Source of the DNA: Sporopachydermia quercuum
Lineage: Eukaryota
Assembly: GCA_001599295.1 (NCBI GenBank)
Contig: BCGN01000007.1
Coordinates: forward strand, 981,791 to 1,045,790
Reading direction: 5' to 3'
DNA: 64,000 bases
Positions 35,093-47,552 of this stretch are shown here, piece by piece. The notes beneath the pieces are model-generated. The model was not told the DNA's origin. It did not search any database and was given only the letters and a program-made list of their open reading frames with translations. The stretch's first letter is position 1. The number at the start of each line of letters is the position of its first letter. Made by a program: the position numbers and the translations under genes.

Positions 35093-36811
35093 TTATTTCG
35101 ATACTACTGATCTTATGATCCTTGCAACTTGATCAGCAGATTCTTCCAATTGATCCAACCCAACTAAACAAACCTGACATCCAGAAACATCCATAACCGT
35201 GAAATCACTAACTTTATTTGCATGCAAATAAATACATAAATTAGGCCGCGGAAACATTTCCATTAATGCTCCTACGGATTCAATCTTCTGTTTGAATTCC
35301 TCCAAATCCAAATGTAATGCTTCTGGTCCTAGTAAACGAAGAAATAAATCAAGAACATAATCCGTGATTATCAGCTCATCTGATTTGCTTGCTGCTAATG
35401 CTATAGCTTCTTGGCTTAAAGCTAAAGCTAGGAAATTGTTGGCAACTGCTGATGTCATTTGTGGTAGCGTTGGCAAAACAGGAGCAGAAGGCCAAGAGAA
35501 CACATTCGCAGCAGTATTTGACANCGTCACAGGAGGTAGTCGCATTTTTAACATTTGTTGGAATTTATAAGCAATTTGAGGATAATCAGATTCAATTGAT
35601 ATTAATTTCTGTTTGCGCTTCGTAGCAGGCGCTAATGATAAAAGAAGAGCCTGAACTTTTGCTCGTAATAAGGACGGAGGTGTATTATATACTGGTATTG
35701 GTGTCACAGACGTTGCAAAGTTTGCCAGATGCTCTAAATTTGATAATGGTGGTAATGATCCTGATACTGGAACAGTAGGTGATAATAGGGTAGGCGTATT
35801 AGCACCATTAGGAGCATCAATAGGAGGTAGAGCAATACCGTTATTAGTATTGATAATACTATTCTTATCGATTTTGTTCTCCCTGTCGTTGTTGATAAAA
35901 ATGGTGTTGCTATTGCTGCGGGTTTGGCCGATTGGTTCTTCTTTAACATTAGGAGTAAATGTACAACTTGAACCTGGTGAGATTGAACTGATTGAACTGA
36001 TTGAACTGATCGAACTAGAACCGGACGACATTGAGCCAGAACCCGATGATATTGAAGAGCTTGATGATGCACTGGATGAAACAGATCCAGTACCAGTTGA
36101 CAGATTTTTTGGAAGTTCACCAATTGCTGATGATATAGAAGCACTAACAGGTGGTGTGATATTGCTGACACAATTGCTATAACAATTGATATTGGTATTG
36201 CTATTTCCATTGCTGTCTGTGGTACTATCAAGAGGAACAAAATCAGAATGAGGAGACGCTGCTTTTAAGGTAGAAGACGCTGCAACGGATACTTTTCTCT
36301 TTCGAGGTGGAATAGTTAATTTACAACGTTCACAAACTAATGAATCAGTCTTCTTTCTTTGAGCAGATCTAGGCTGATACTTATAAACAGGATATTTCTG
36401 ACTATGCTCTTTCTTCTCCATTTCACTCAATTCATTCCAATACTTCTTCTCCTCAGGACCAAGATTTCTCCATTTTTCACCCAGAATTTTCGATATTTCG
36501 ATATTTGACTTATCTTTATTAGTCTCAAGAATTTGTTGATGTAAATGTTGTCTGAACAAGATGAATGCATTTCTTGGTCTTGGAATTTTTAATTTTGGTG
36601 GACAACTACAATATTTAGAGATCCCCAAAGGTCGATCTAGCTGCTCATTTTTATTTTCGTCAGGAGGAACCATTGGTGATTTCAATATATGAGAGTGAGA
36701 ACGCGGCATTGAATGACTCAGGTTGATATTGGGTATATTAGCTATAGTGTTTTCGATATTAATGTTACTCTTGCCATTAGAAGTGACTGTAAAAGCAATT
36801 GCTGATGACAT
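35093..36811 (-). CDS. MATA-class HMG-box transcription factor of the Rox1/Rfg1 family with an additional folded C-terminal domain
   Basis: HMG box [15 protein letters not shown]...[16 protein letters not shown]...[28 protein letters not shown], flanked by CSC and CERC; Ser-rich linker; about 195-aa alpha/beta C-terminal domain. Confidence 0.88.
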   Translation of the reverse strand: [572 protein letters not shown]

Positions 36812-39800
36812 GTTTTTCCTTTCTCCTTTATGTATGGTAGTTAATTGGATATCAATTTACCATGCCAGTGGATCTTATTGTGGATTTGATGTTTCTCCTA
36901 ATTAACAGCTGATTTGATTGATCCCAATAGTAGAGATATTTCGACTCTTCTCAGCTGAAGATGTACCTCAACGAAAGCTATGAACTGAGGGGAAGAATGC
37001 TGCAATGATATAGGTCGATTTATGTTGTTTCTCGAGGTGGTCAAGTTATGAGTTTTAGGGCTCTCCGCTTCTTTGCTTCTTTGTTTTTCTTTTTTTGCTC
37101 TTTTTTATCTAAGAAGCTACTGAAAGTATGGTCTTGTCATAAATGATTGTGGTCTCATGAACTCGTTGATGATCGATTGGTCTCTTGTTTAGAGAAACTT
37201 TCTATTCGAGAATGATGGTAATTATGATAATGATGATAATATGGTCATAGAACTTGATTCAATGAATGCTTGAGTGGGGAGGTGATGATGATAATGATAG
37301 TGTAATAGTGATGCTGTTAGTAGATATAATAACTCATGAACAACAACAGTAAACAAAATGAAGAAAGAATAAGGAAGCCATCAAAAAAAAAGTTCAATGA
37401 CGAAGAATTATATGAAGGCGTTGATGTTTAATGGTAGTGGAAGTGAATGGTAACATTAAGGAATCAATAAAAGTAAGTTCTGGAAATCTCAAAAATTTGG
37501 TAAAGAGGAGTCACCAATGAATGAAGGTGAGTGTTTAGGATGAATAGTAAATAAGATTGAGACTGAACGTTATGTATACGTAATATTGGATGTTGATACT
37601 GTTATTGTGCGTATGAAGTTGATAAAGAAAAAGGTTAAGGTTTCAAGAGAATTTCATGTTGGAATTTAAGCTTTGCTTAAATTTAACTTTTAGGGTTTAG
37701 CTAGATTATGAATAATTAGTACTGATAAAATGAACAAACATGTATTATAGCTCATTTCTCTGTTCCTCTACAGTTAAATCATCCTCAGATGAGTGGCTCC
37801 TGTTACTTATTTTTATGAGTCGATATAACTTGCATTTAGTTAGAAAAGAAGAAAANCCAATAAGGGTAGTGTATGGACTGTTAAATTTATCAAAGGGGAA
37901 TGACTTTTCTTGATATGATTGGTGTACTAACTTTTGAGACAGTAAGCGATAAAAAACAATTGAGTGTGTGTGTTGTTTGTCAAGCATCCTACTTCAATCA
38001 TATGGCGTCATACTGATGAGGTGTTGAGTATTAAGTTTAGAGAGGCAATAAAGTTGAGTATGTATGATGATTGGGTAGTAAACGGTTATAAAACTGAAGT
38101 ATCCGTTTCGGCTGTTGTCCCAAATTTAAAAGAATTAAGCAACATGGCTAGAAACTAAATAAGATTAGGGTTATCCAACTTTAAAACCTATTATTGTTTG
38201 CTATTAACTTAAAGCTTAAGGTGAAGCTTCATCAAATCTAAAGAATAACTTTTCAACCATAATTCGAAGGCATACGCTAAATCGGTCTCGAACTATTAAA
38301 ACTAGTTTGAAAGTTAGGACTTTTTGAAAAACTCAAGCATCAACGGACTGGAGACAAGTTTAATGATGATGATGAGTCTTCAAAGTTCTATAAGGGGTTC
38401 CCATAGATTTGATTAAACGGCTTTTAAACTGTATTGGTACGAGATTTTACAACAGAATTTCATCAATCATAAAAGTGCGATTCTGCTGCTGTTCAGCTGC
38501 TAACTAAGTCTTTCATTAGAAATGGTTTGATTATTGTTAAGACAATTGGTCGTACTTTGTATAATTCCCTCTGTTTAATGTGTTTCTTTTTCTTCTATGA
38601 ACCAACAATTATCGTTTTAAACAAGGAGGAGCATACCATTATGACATAACTAACGTATTGCCATTTCGGCTCGGTCTAAAGAACAAGGTTAGTTTCGTCG
38701 TTATAGAAAACAACAGAGCTTGTTCGAAATCATATCTTGGCTCTATATGCAAGTCTAAACCTATGAAAATATTTGATTTTGATTTAAAGAAATCAGAGAT
38801 TTGTTTAGAAATCTTTGTGTTGTTCTGGTAACAGGAGCTGAAACAAAGTTCATGATCTAATAGAGATTGAGTAGCAACTTCCATGGTCTGTGGAGTATGT
38901 TTGAAAGGGGACGAACGATAATGACAACTTTTTCGATTGATTAAATAGTCTTAGAATATACTTCTTGACTACTTGGATAGCAATTCCATATCAAAAAAAG
39001 CAATGATTGCCTCAGAGTACAAGCAAAACTAACAGAAGAGATGAACACTGGTTCTTGACACCTTTCAATTTCTATCCTCTCTTTTTAAACTTCCGTATAG
39101 TTGACTGGCCTCCTTATTCCCTATTTTGACATTGCATAGCTAACTCTTTGAAAAGAAAGAGAAAGCCTTCCATACAAGATACTGAAATGAGTTGTTTTGA
39201 TGGAAAGAACGAAACTTCCTAAGTAGAACCAAATTCTCTCAATCGGATCCAGATCTGGTCAGAATTAAGATTGTGGATTACACATTAAAATGAAACCTTA
39301 TAACTAAATCTGGCATTTCAAGATTTATATCCAAGAACTTTATTAAAGTCGGATCTAAACTTTACTTATTAAGTAGGAAGTGCGTCTCTTGGGGCAATTA
39401 AGAACATAGAGGTGTAAGACGAACAAGCCTCATATTTGTTCTCTTTCTAAATCAATCGAAGTCCATCAGAAGTGAGCTGATTAAGAATTGATAGCCTTCC
39501 AGCATGACAGTTAGGAAGGATGATAAAACTAAGAGTAGAGTTTGTTCCTGCTTGTTTTGTAATTTAAATTGACAATAAATTCTAGATATGGCTGGAGGAT
39601 GACGAATATCCTAGGGAACTTTTTTTCAGAGCATATTCATAGATGTCATTGTATCCAAGTAGCAACAGAGGTATTATCAATTATTACTATTAAATACATT
39701 TGATTACATTTGATTACTGTCAAGTATCTAAGAACTTAGCAGAAAATTACTGAAAGATGAACAGTGCTATTACACTTTTCATTGTAGGATGTGGTCCATC

Positions 39801-42800
39801 GTAACCTTTTTCCTGTTTTTCAGAGGAGATCCTTTCTGACTATCAGAAGTANTTGGGAGTATCTTCAGTTTTGTTACTTTGTCATTCCTTTTTTTTTCAT
39901 TTAGACAAAGGCAATTTCATAGCAATGAATCTAATCCTTATTCGAATATTGCATGGGAAACAAGATCACTAGTTCTTTAGTCCAAATATCATCATTCTAA
40001 CAGCACTATGCAAAAGTGAATCGTCCTTTTTTGCTGGCATAGAAGAATCTGACATATAAAGTGAAGAACTACAGTGTTGGAAACAGAGACGAGGTTNATA
40101 CTAGAGAGCAAAAAATGTGACAACTGATGATGTGAAATAGTAAGTGTATATGAAACAGAAATTCTGCGGTCTTTCAGTTTCTTTCAGTAAACATTCAAGA
40201 ATTTGGGAAGAGATTTCTGAATTATGTAATACAATTTGACTGTTATGAATTGTTATGAATCACTAGAAGAAGGAAAGTAGAACTATAGAACTATTCCTTT
40301 AAATATCTCAGCTGCTAGAATCCCTTATCAGCAACAAGTGAATATAAACAATTAATTATCAATTACTAGTTTTTTATTGTTCTTTTTATTTCTTCTTTAT
40401 TGAACAAACAAGAAACCACATTAGAGCAGTTCTTCCTGTGGGATAAGAAGTTTGCAACCTGCTTATGACGTAGAAGCTCATATTTATTATCAGTTAACAC
40501 CATGGTATAAAGATATAGGTAACCGGATTTATTTTGCAATTTCACCCAAAAATACAGTTCACCTGAAAATTATTAACAAAATAAATACATCAGTTCTAGA
40601 CAATTATTTTACAAATGAGAAGCAAAGGCCTTTACTTGAATATTAATTTTGAGATTAGATGAGTCAACAACGAAAATCAGAACACATCCACCAGTTTAAA
40701 ACCAACTAATCGATATTTATATGAGGTTGAATTTATTGATAGCTTCCCTCCATCTTAACAGCTACAACGAAAAAAAAAAGAAGGGGGAAAATGATAAAAT
40801 GAAAGCCTATTAAATATCCTGTTTCTTTGATTTCATAGAGGTCCAACAATCTCTTGATCTCATTTGAAAACAGTTTATTCTAACAATAACAACTGTTATA
40901 CAATTAAACTACAAATTTCTAATTGGAAATTTCCACGGCGCAGAAATTCTCTTTAATCATTGGAATTTCTTCCCCCTTCAATAGAGCAAGAGGCAGCTTG
41001 ATAGCATTTGAGTCAGAATGCTCTTTTTTGACTCCCTCCTCTTCTCTGGTTCCACAATGTTTGTGTGCTTACCAACATTACCTCCTAAAGTCCTTAAATT
41101 TCTCAGAAAACAGTACTACTCAGTGTTGCGCTTGCTTTTTCTTTCCATTTGAACTTGAGCTCGACGNTATTATGATTATTTTGATTGCCTTGACTTACCT
41201 GAACATTAAAGTTACAATTACAGTTTGCACTTAAGCTTGGTTTGCCGAACTATGCTCCAACGTTAATCTTACAATTGAATTATGCAAAGAAAGCTCTAAA
41301 GTTCCAACTTTAGCTTTAAGCTCAAACTTCCATTTATCTATTCTTGTCTCCTAACNGATCTTCGAAGCGATACCAATTTTAGTTGGCTAATTTACCTAAG
41401 AGTAATGGGATTTTACCAATGAAGTGACGGACGGGTATTATCCACGGAATTTCTAGATCGGTAGAGGAGTCAAATATCTGGTTCAGACTGAAATCTGGAA
41501 ACCAAATTAGTAAATTTACTGTGAGATTTGCCTGCTTTAGTAGTCCCTTGTTCAGAACCGAAACCCTTTAGTTGCTCCTATTATACTTTTTANAGGACAG
41601 TTACGGATTAAAGTACAAAATGGAACCAGTAACTTCATTCCAGTGAAACTGAATTGTTTCTCCAATTTTTTAGGCCATCTGTTTTAGCAATTATCGTTAT
41701 CTGAGATTATTTCCAAGTCTAGGCTCATAGGATGAGCAATCTAGGCACAAACGAATAAATGCAAATGCTTTGTTGAAACAACATATCGTTTGCTTTTCAG
41801 TACTATGATGAAGATATAACGAGATCAACTCCTTCCTTCTGTGGAAGGATTTCATATATGAATAGCGNTGGCAAATACGATGGTCATTCAATCATACGCG
41901 ATAGTGGGTACGGAAACTTGCCGTAAAAACAAATCTATGAGGAAAAAAGTGCTAGTCGAGGAACATCAGATAATAAAGTTAAAATCTTAATCTCGCCTCA
42001 AACCTGCATAAGCAGACATGGGTTTTTTTCATAAATCGATGAATAACAAGAAGTACAGGCCTATTTTACGTTCTAAAATCAAAATCAAAACCAACGAAAT
42101 CCGTATCTGTAGTTGCTCTGTGTTATTGGCTGTATAGCAGCTTTTCTAGTTTTCTCATAAAAAACTATATGTTCTAACCATTGACATTCTTTTCCATCTT
42201 GAGATGTTCAGCTAGATAAAGTTTTTCTTTCTTACTATTCAGCTCGTTCTAAAAGGAACTTTAATTCAACTAGCCAATTCGAAATGTGTGGTAATTACAC
42301 GTCAGAAGGAGATCTAAAAATAAAAGTAAGCTGATGNACTATAAAACCTCACAACTGGAGAATAATCATTGCTTTCATTGAGAGAAAATAAAGTACGGAA
42401 AAAAAATAGTGTACTAAAAGTTGGAACATCTTTATGCTGCCAGTATTCTATTCTGTTCTTTTTGTCAGGAGCATATCTGATGCTCACTATTTCCAGTTCA
42501 CTTCTTATGTCACTGAAACAGAGTTTGAAAGTTAATCCTGACACAAACTTTGAAATTGTTAGATATACCTAAAATATAAGGTTTGGTATAAGCTTTGGGT
42601 AGTTTTTTGTATGTAGAATTAGTAGAAGTGATAATATCAAACGTGGAGAAAGAGTATTCTCTAATGGCTGTTTAATTATCTCTCGAAAGAGAATATAACT
42701 AGTAGAAAGAATAAACAATACTCGTCAAAACACCCAAATGATTGGTTTGCAAGTGATCGTTGATTTGTTCCCGTTTCAAAAAAATCGAGAAGTGAACGTT

Positions 42801-45800
42801 GANTTTNCCCATAGGTCTGCTGGTTAAAATCATCAGNTCGTAATTAACATTTGCACTCAAGGTTTTCTTTGAACTTGTGCTATATTCAAGGTTGAAAAGA
42901 AATCGATTCAACTAACGTATTCATCTAATCTTCATTCGAGCATTGCAATTACTCCTTTCGACATATAAAAATGGTTCATCTTACTATTTTATTAGAAGCA
43001 TAAGCAAACAATCAATTCAGATTTCATTAGAATAAATACATNACAAGGCCCAAAAAACTGTTCTTCACCAATTGTCAGTTTGTAAAACACTATAAGAACT
43101 TACGTCTGCTTAATACTTATGACCAAACATATTTTGTTTTCAACTTCCGGTTAGTAACTAATATCTGGTTACTTAACGCTACTGAGTAAGCACTTAAGCA
43201 GGACAATTGAATTAACTCCATGATTTCAATACATGTGTCATGCAATTTCTTAAAAACAATAGGANTTAGATTTTGTATTAGGAAGCGAAAAAAAATTAAA
43301 CTATACACCACGATTTCATACCTATTAGGTTTGGTCTCTTTAAGACTCTCTATTTTAAGAAAGTATATTCAAAGTTACGGCTTTTGGATGAAATATTGAT
43401 TAGAGTTTTCTCATTGAACTTTCTTCACTCTACATCCTAACATTGTGGGTTCATTAAATTATTCCATAGAACTCACAGGAATTAACTCTTCATGTTTGAA
43501 TGGAGATGAGGAAATGTGATCAATTGATATTGAGTAGCAAAATTTCCCAATAAACTAACCATTTTCAATTTAGAATTTGATTCAAAACATCAAACATAGT
43601 TATGTATATATATCTGCAGTATATATTGTTCTCTCGCTTCGGTTATTCTGAGTACAAGCCAAAATAACTCCCAACCCTTGAAATATTTTTACGCATTATC
43701 CACATACCATCACCTACCCCGAACAAAAGCATTTCTTCTGCAAGTCAGGTGTTTAATGAAAACCATATCCAGCTTTTGGGTCGTTATCTGTATGGTTTTG
43801 CTTGAAAAGATAGCTATGTATATTTCCCTCTACTACAGATGCTTTGCTTTTCGTTATAAAATAATGACAACTTATTATTAAACTACCTTGCTTAAAATAT
43901 CAACATACTATAATATTTTCTACTCCATCTTTTTTGACAATTAAGTATATTAGAGTTGGTTTTCATTTGGCTCCTTTTTCCCCTACAATAAATTGATCTA
44001 GATCGTATATCATTAATTTATACTTTTCATCAATTCACCCAATTCTGTCGTATATACAAATGAGAACCCTTCGTGGCCATTCAACACATAATGTTGAGCC
44101 ATTCTTGTGAAATCATGTTGCGTCGGCGGATACTCAAATTGACGGAATTACATAGCAATTCGAGAGAGTCAATCATCTATCATTTAGAAGCTACACAAAT
44201 AATAGAATGGTTGCATTATTTCTTTGCTTCAAATAATCGAAAGTTGAAGATAAAGAAACTGTTGTTTTGACTGCTTGCTAAGCGTTAAAAAGAATGCTTA
44301 GCACAAATTCTAATTAGAAAGTTTATAGTGGAAACTATGATGCTCTTTGCTGGTCTATTAACTCGATTGAATTGATCGATAGAATAAATTATTTATTTCG
44401 ACTATGGTAAGGTAATATAGGCAGAATAATTATCTTACAATTAAATTTTCTGTGTTCAATACTTATAATTTATGACATCGTGAAATATTCGTCGAAAACT
44501 AATAGAATTTTGAGTTTACTTCTTCTATTTTGTGCCGAAAGAGTAAATCAAAAAATTGAAGACAGAAGAATAGAATGTATTGCAAGGTACATGGCTACAG
44601 TATAGTTTTTACATTTAGTATTTAGAAGAATTCTCAATGGTGCAGGAGCTTATACATTTCAGATAACAAAAAGGACTTAGTTAGTCTAAGAATATCTTTT
44701 TTCTTTTATTTCATAGTAATTNACACCTACTATGCGACCTATAATCACCGTATGGTACTTCCATTTTGAATTTTGTGATATATGTTTTCACCCTCGAACC
44801 TTTCGAATATTAATGATTTCTTTCTCATTGTTTCTTCTAAATCTGGAGTTGATGGAGAGTGTTTAAGTAGTTGTCAAAGAATACAGATAAAAATATACTT
44901 AGAGTTTGATCGGTTACGTGTAAGGGTAAGCCAATTACAAATTTTATTATGCCAAAAGATTGGCCTAAACTCATGATGTTCAAACTTTATCCTTAATCTC
45001 AATGGATGGGATTCAGACTTAGAAAATACAAATTCGGAGGAAGGAAAGAAATCACGTATAACATAGATATGGTAGTGAGTATTCTTCAATAATCTAGTTT
45101 GAATTCCTTAGAATCGATAGCTCATAAATAAACTGCCTGAAAACTACAGCCTTTATTTCAAGAATCTAATGGTTTAACCACATGCTTGTGTTTGTGTCTG
45201 TTATTTGTTAGTGGAAGAAAGAATGTCTAGGTTCATAACAAAATACGTGATTGAAAATTCTCGCCCAACTGAAGAAACTTCGAATCAATTGCTTCTTTTG
45301 TGGACTTGGAGCTTCTTTCAATCTACCTAAACTCTACATGCAATCACACTAAAGAAATGATGACTTGTTTTACTGAAGAATGGACAATACTACCAGCGAC
45401 TTATAAGTCCTTAAAATTGACCATTGTTTCAAATGTCACCTGTATCATGCAAGAGTGCACCAGTAACAGTAGAATCATAATAAGTTTATCAATATCTTTT
45501 CTTTTTTAAAGTAATAATGGCTTTTGATTTGAAGCCATTAGCTCCTNTGTTACACCTCCTGTGGTATCTAACAATCAATCGTAGAGTACACTAGTTCGTA
45601 TGCCAGTCTACTGAACAGAAGCCGATTCCTAATGGCTTGAAATTACTTAACAATATCATCAGTTATAAACATACCCTAAAGCAGATAGAAAGAAAACGTT
45701 TAAGGTCCAGCTATAATATTCGGTTATAAGTTGAAACAAGTTGCATATTATATATCCTAACCATTATTAAAAAGGTAACTTGGTACGAGCTTCTTAATCC

Positions 45801-47552
45801 AGTTGGGAATTCCTATACCAATCTTTAATATTTCAGCCATACTTGAAAAGCTAGTACAATTAGTTCAACAATGATTAAAGAACTGTTTTATGTGTATCAT
45901 CAGCTCAATCTGAAGTTAATAATAGCATCCATATACATATGTATATATTTTTTTATTTTACAGTTACTTTTATTGTTACTTCATTTGTAGTGCAATATCG
46001 GGACTCATCAATTTCGAACTCCCCACAAGTAAATGTTTGTTAGGTTCCGACGCCTGCCTGTGTTTCACAACACTAACATTACACTAATATTGTTATCAAT
46101 TATAACTTGACTCATGACCTATGCTCCTTATTCACATTGTCAATAAAGCAACCTACTACAGAAATGTAATAGCCATGCAGTTAACATTTAAAACAGTTGA
46201 CTTCAAAGTCACTGATCGATAAATGTTCCAGTAAACTTTTTGCTGTGTCAATTAGGAAGGTCTATAACTCATATAGAGAAGCCCTCTATTTTTTATGAGA
46301 CTAAGCAATACTAATGTAGGTAGATAAATTTAATTTACAAAGTAGGTAAATAATATCATAATAGTCTCATGTGCTTCCTACATCATCATTCCTAAGTAAG
46401 TTTCTTGCAGAACAGAAAGAAATTGATTGATGAAATAAATAGCTGAACCTAGAACGATTACTGAAACCTGATGAAAGAAAAACTAAATTAGATGCCTCTG
46501 CTAGTTTTGTCTTATAATAAGAATGCGCATAAGCCATGATCGATTAAAATGGGATACATAAATGTACGTAAGCTTATTCAAGTTGAACCTGATAGAGAAT
46601 TAAAAATATGAATAGTTATCGGACTTTAATTAATTATTTCACATAGTTGGATTTATATTTGGATTGAAATAGCATTTCGTTTCATTTGAAGCCGGATTTC
46701 ACATAATTGCGATAATTTGGTTAAGAATATATTCGTTAATTTTGAGATTTGCATTGGAATTGTCTTCCAAAAATCTGAAACTGGTTCTGCGCTCTTGTTT
46801 CCCACAACAATGAGAAAGCAAAATGTCATACTTACGGTTAGAAAGAAAACAAGAAATGCCTGTCGTAAGAAAGAGAGGTTGTCTCAACTCAGCCCTCGGA
46901 ATCTCCTTCAATTATAATCCATGGGTTGATTTTCAACCGAGCTTCGGAATGAATAATAAGGAAATTAAGGTTATAACCAGAGAGCAATAACTCTATACTT
47001 TATAATATGAAGGTTTATTTCCTGTAGTTAATCAAACATCATTCATACAAAATTTTCAATGGAAGTACTGCTACTACAGTGCATTGACTTAATCCTGTTT
47101 CCTAAATCCTCTATTAGTACGGTATTGCTAGTTTATTGCCCTCGTCGTTCCATACCTGTTAGTGAAAACTTCTATGGCTAAGAGTCCACTCGAAATCTTG
47201 CCAATGTTTTAAGTTAACAATTAACCTCTGAGATGGTTTTTAACATTGGTAGCTATTAATAAAGTTAGCTATAATAATAAAACCTAAAACTCTGGATGAC
47301 AGCTGCATCATAATCGCAGATATCTGCACATTCATCAAATTAAAGATTACGTAATACTTTGAAAATAGGTTTTCCGGGTAATTCATTCATAAATCAAATT
47401 TCTGTGCCATTTCAAATCCGTTCCACACATTTGAACAACCAAATCATCCGAAATCTCGACTGAAAACTGTCTATTTTAGTATTTTCTCGGATAATCAGAG
47501 TCGAGATTACCCTTTTTGGCAACTCAACTGATAAAGTATTTCCTCCCCAAAC
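36812..47552. other. 10.7-kb AT-rich gene-free interval between divergent HMG-factor and YNG2 genes
   Basis: No ORF over 103 aa and none with recognisable protein character; no tRNA or LTR recognised; 15 N bases between 37856 and 45547. Confidence 0.7.

Noticed and set aside
35093..36811. HMG gene as a mating-type (MATa2/MAT1-2-1) locus
   Set aside because: The [15 protein letters not shown] box and 572-aa length fit the Rox1/Rfg1 family; no homeodomain or alpha-box partner and no SLA2/APN2/DIC1 neighbours in the window.
38190..46820. Rox1-type ATTGTT sites in the gap as HMG autoregulation (e.g. TATATTGTTCTC near 43622)
   Set aside because: At this AT content a dozen or more ATTGTT matches are expected by chance in 10.7 kb; no enrichment is evident.
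37745..46917. Short 64-103 aa ORFs in the gap as genes or transposon remnants
   Set aside because: Many use non-ATG starts, have random AT-rich composition, and show no gag/pol/transposase motifs or terminal repeats that I could recognise.
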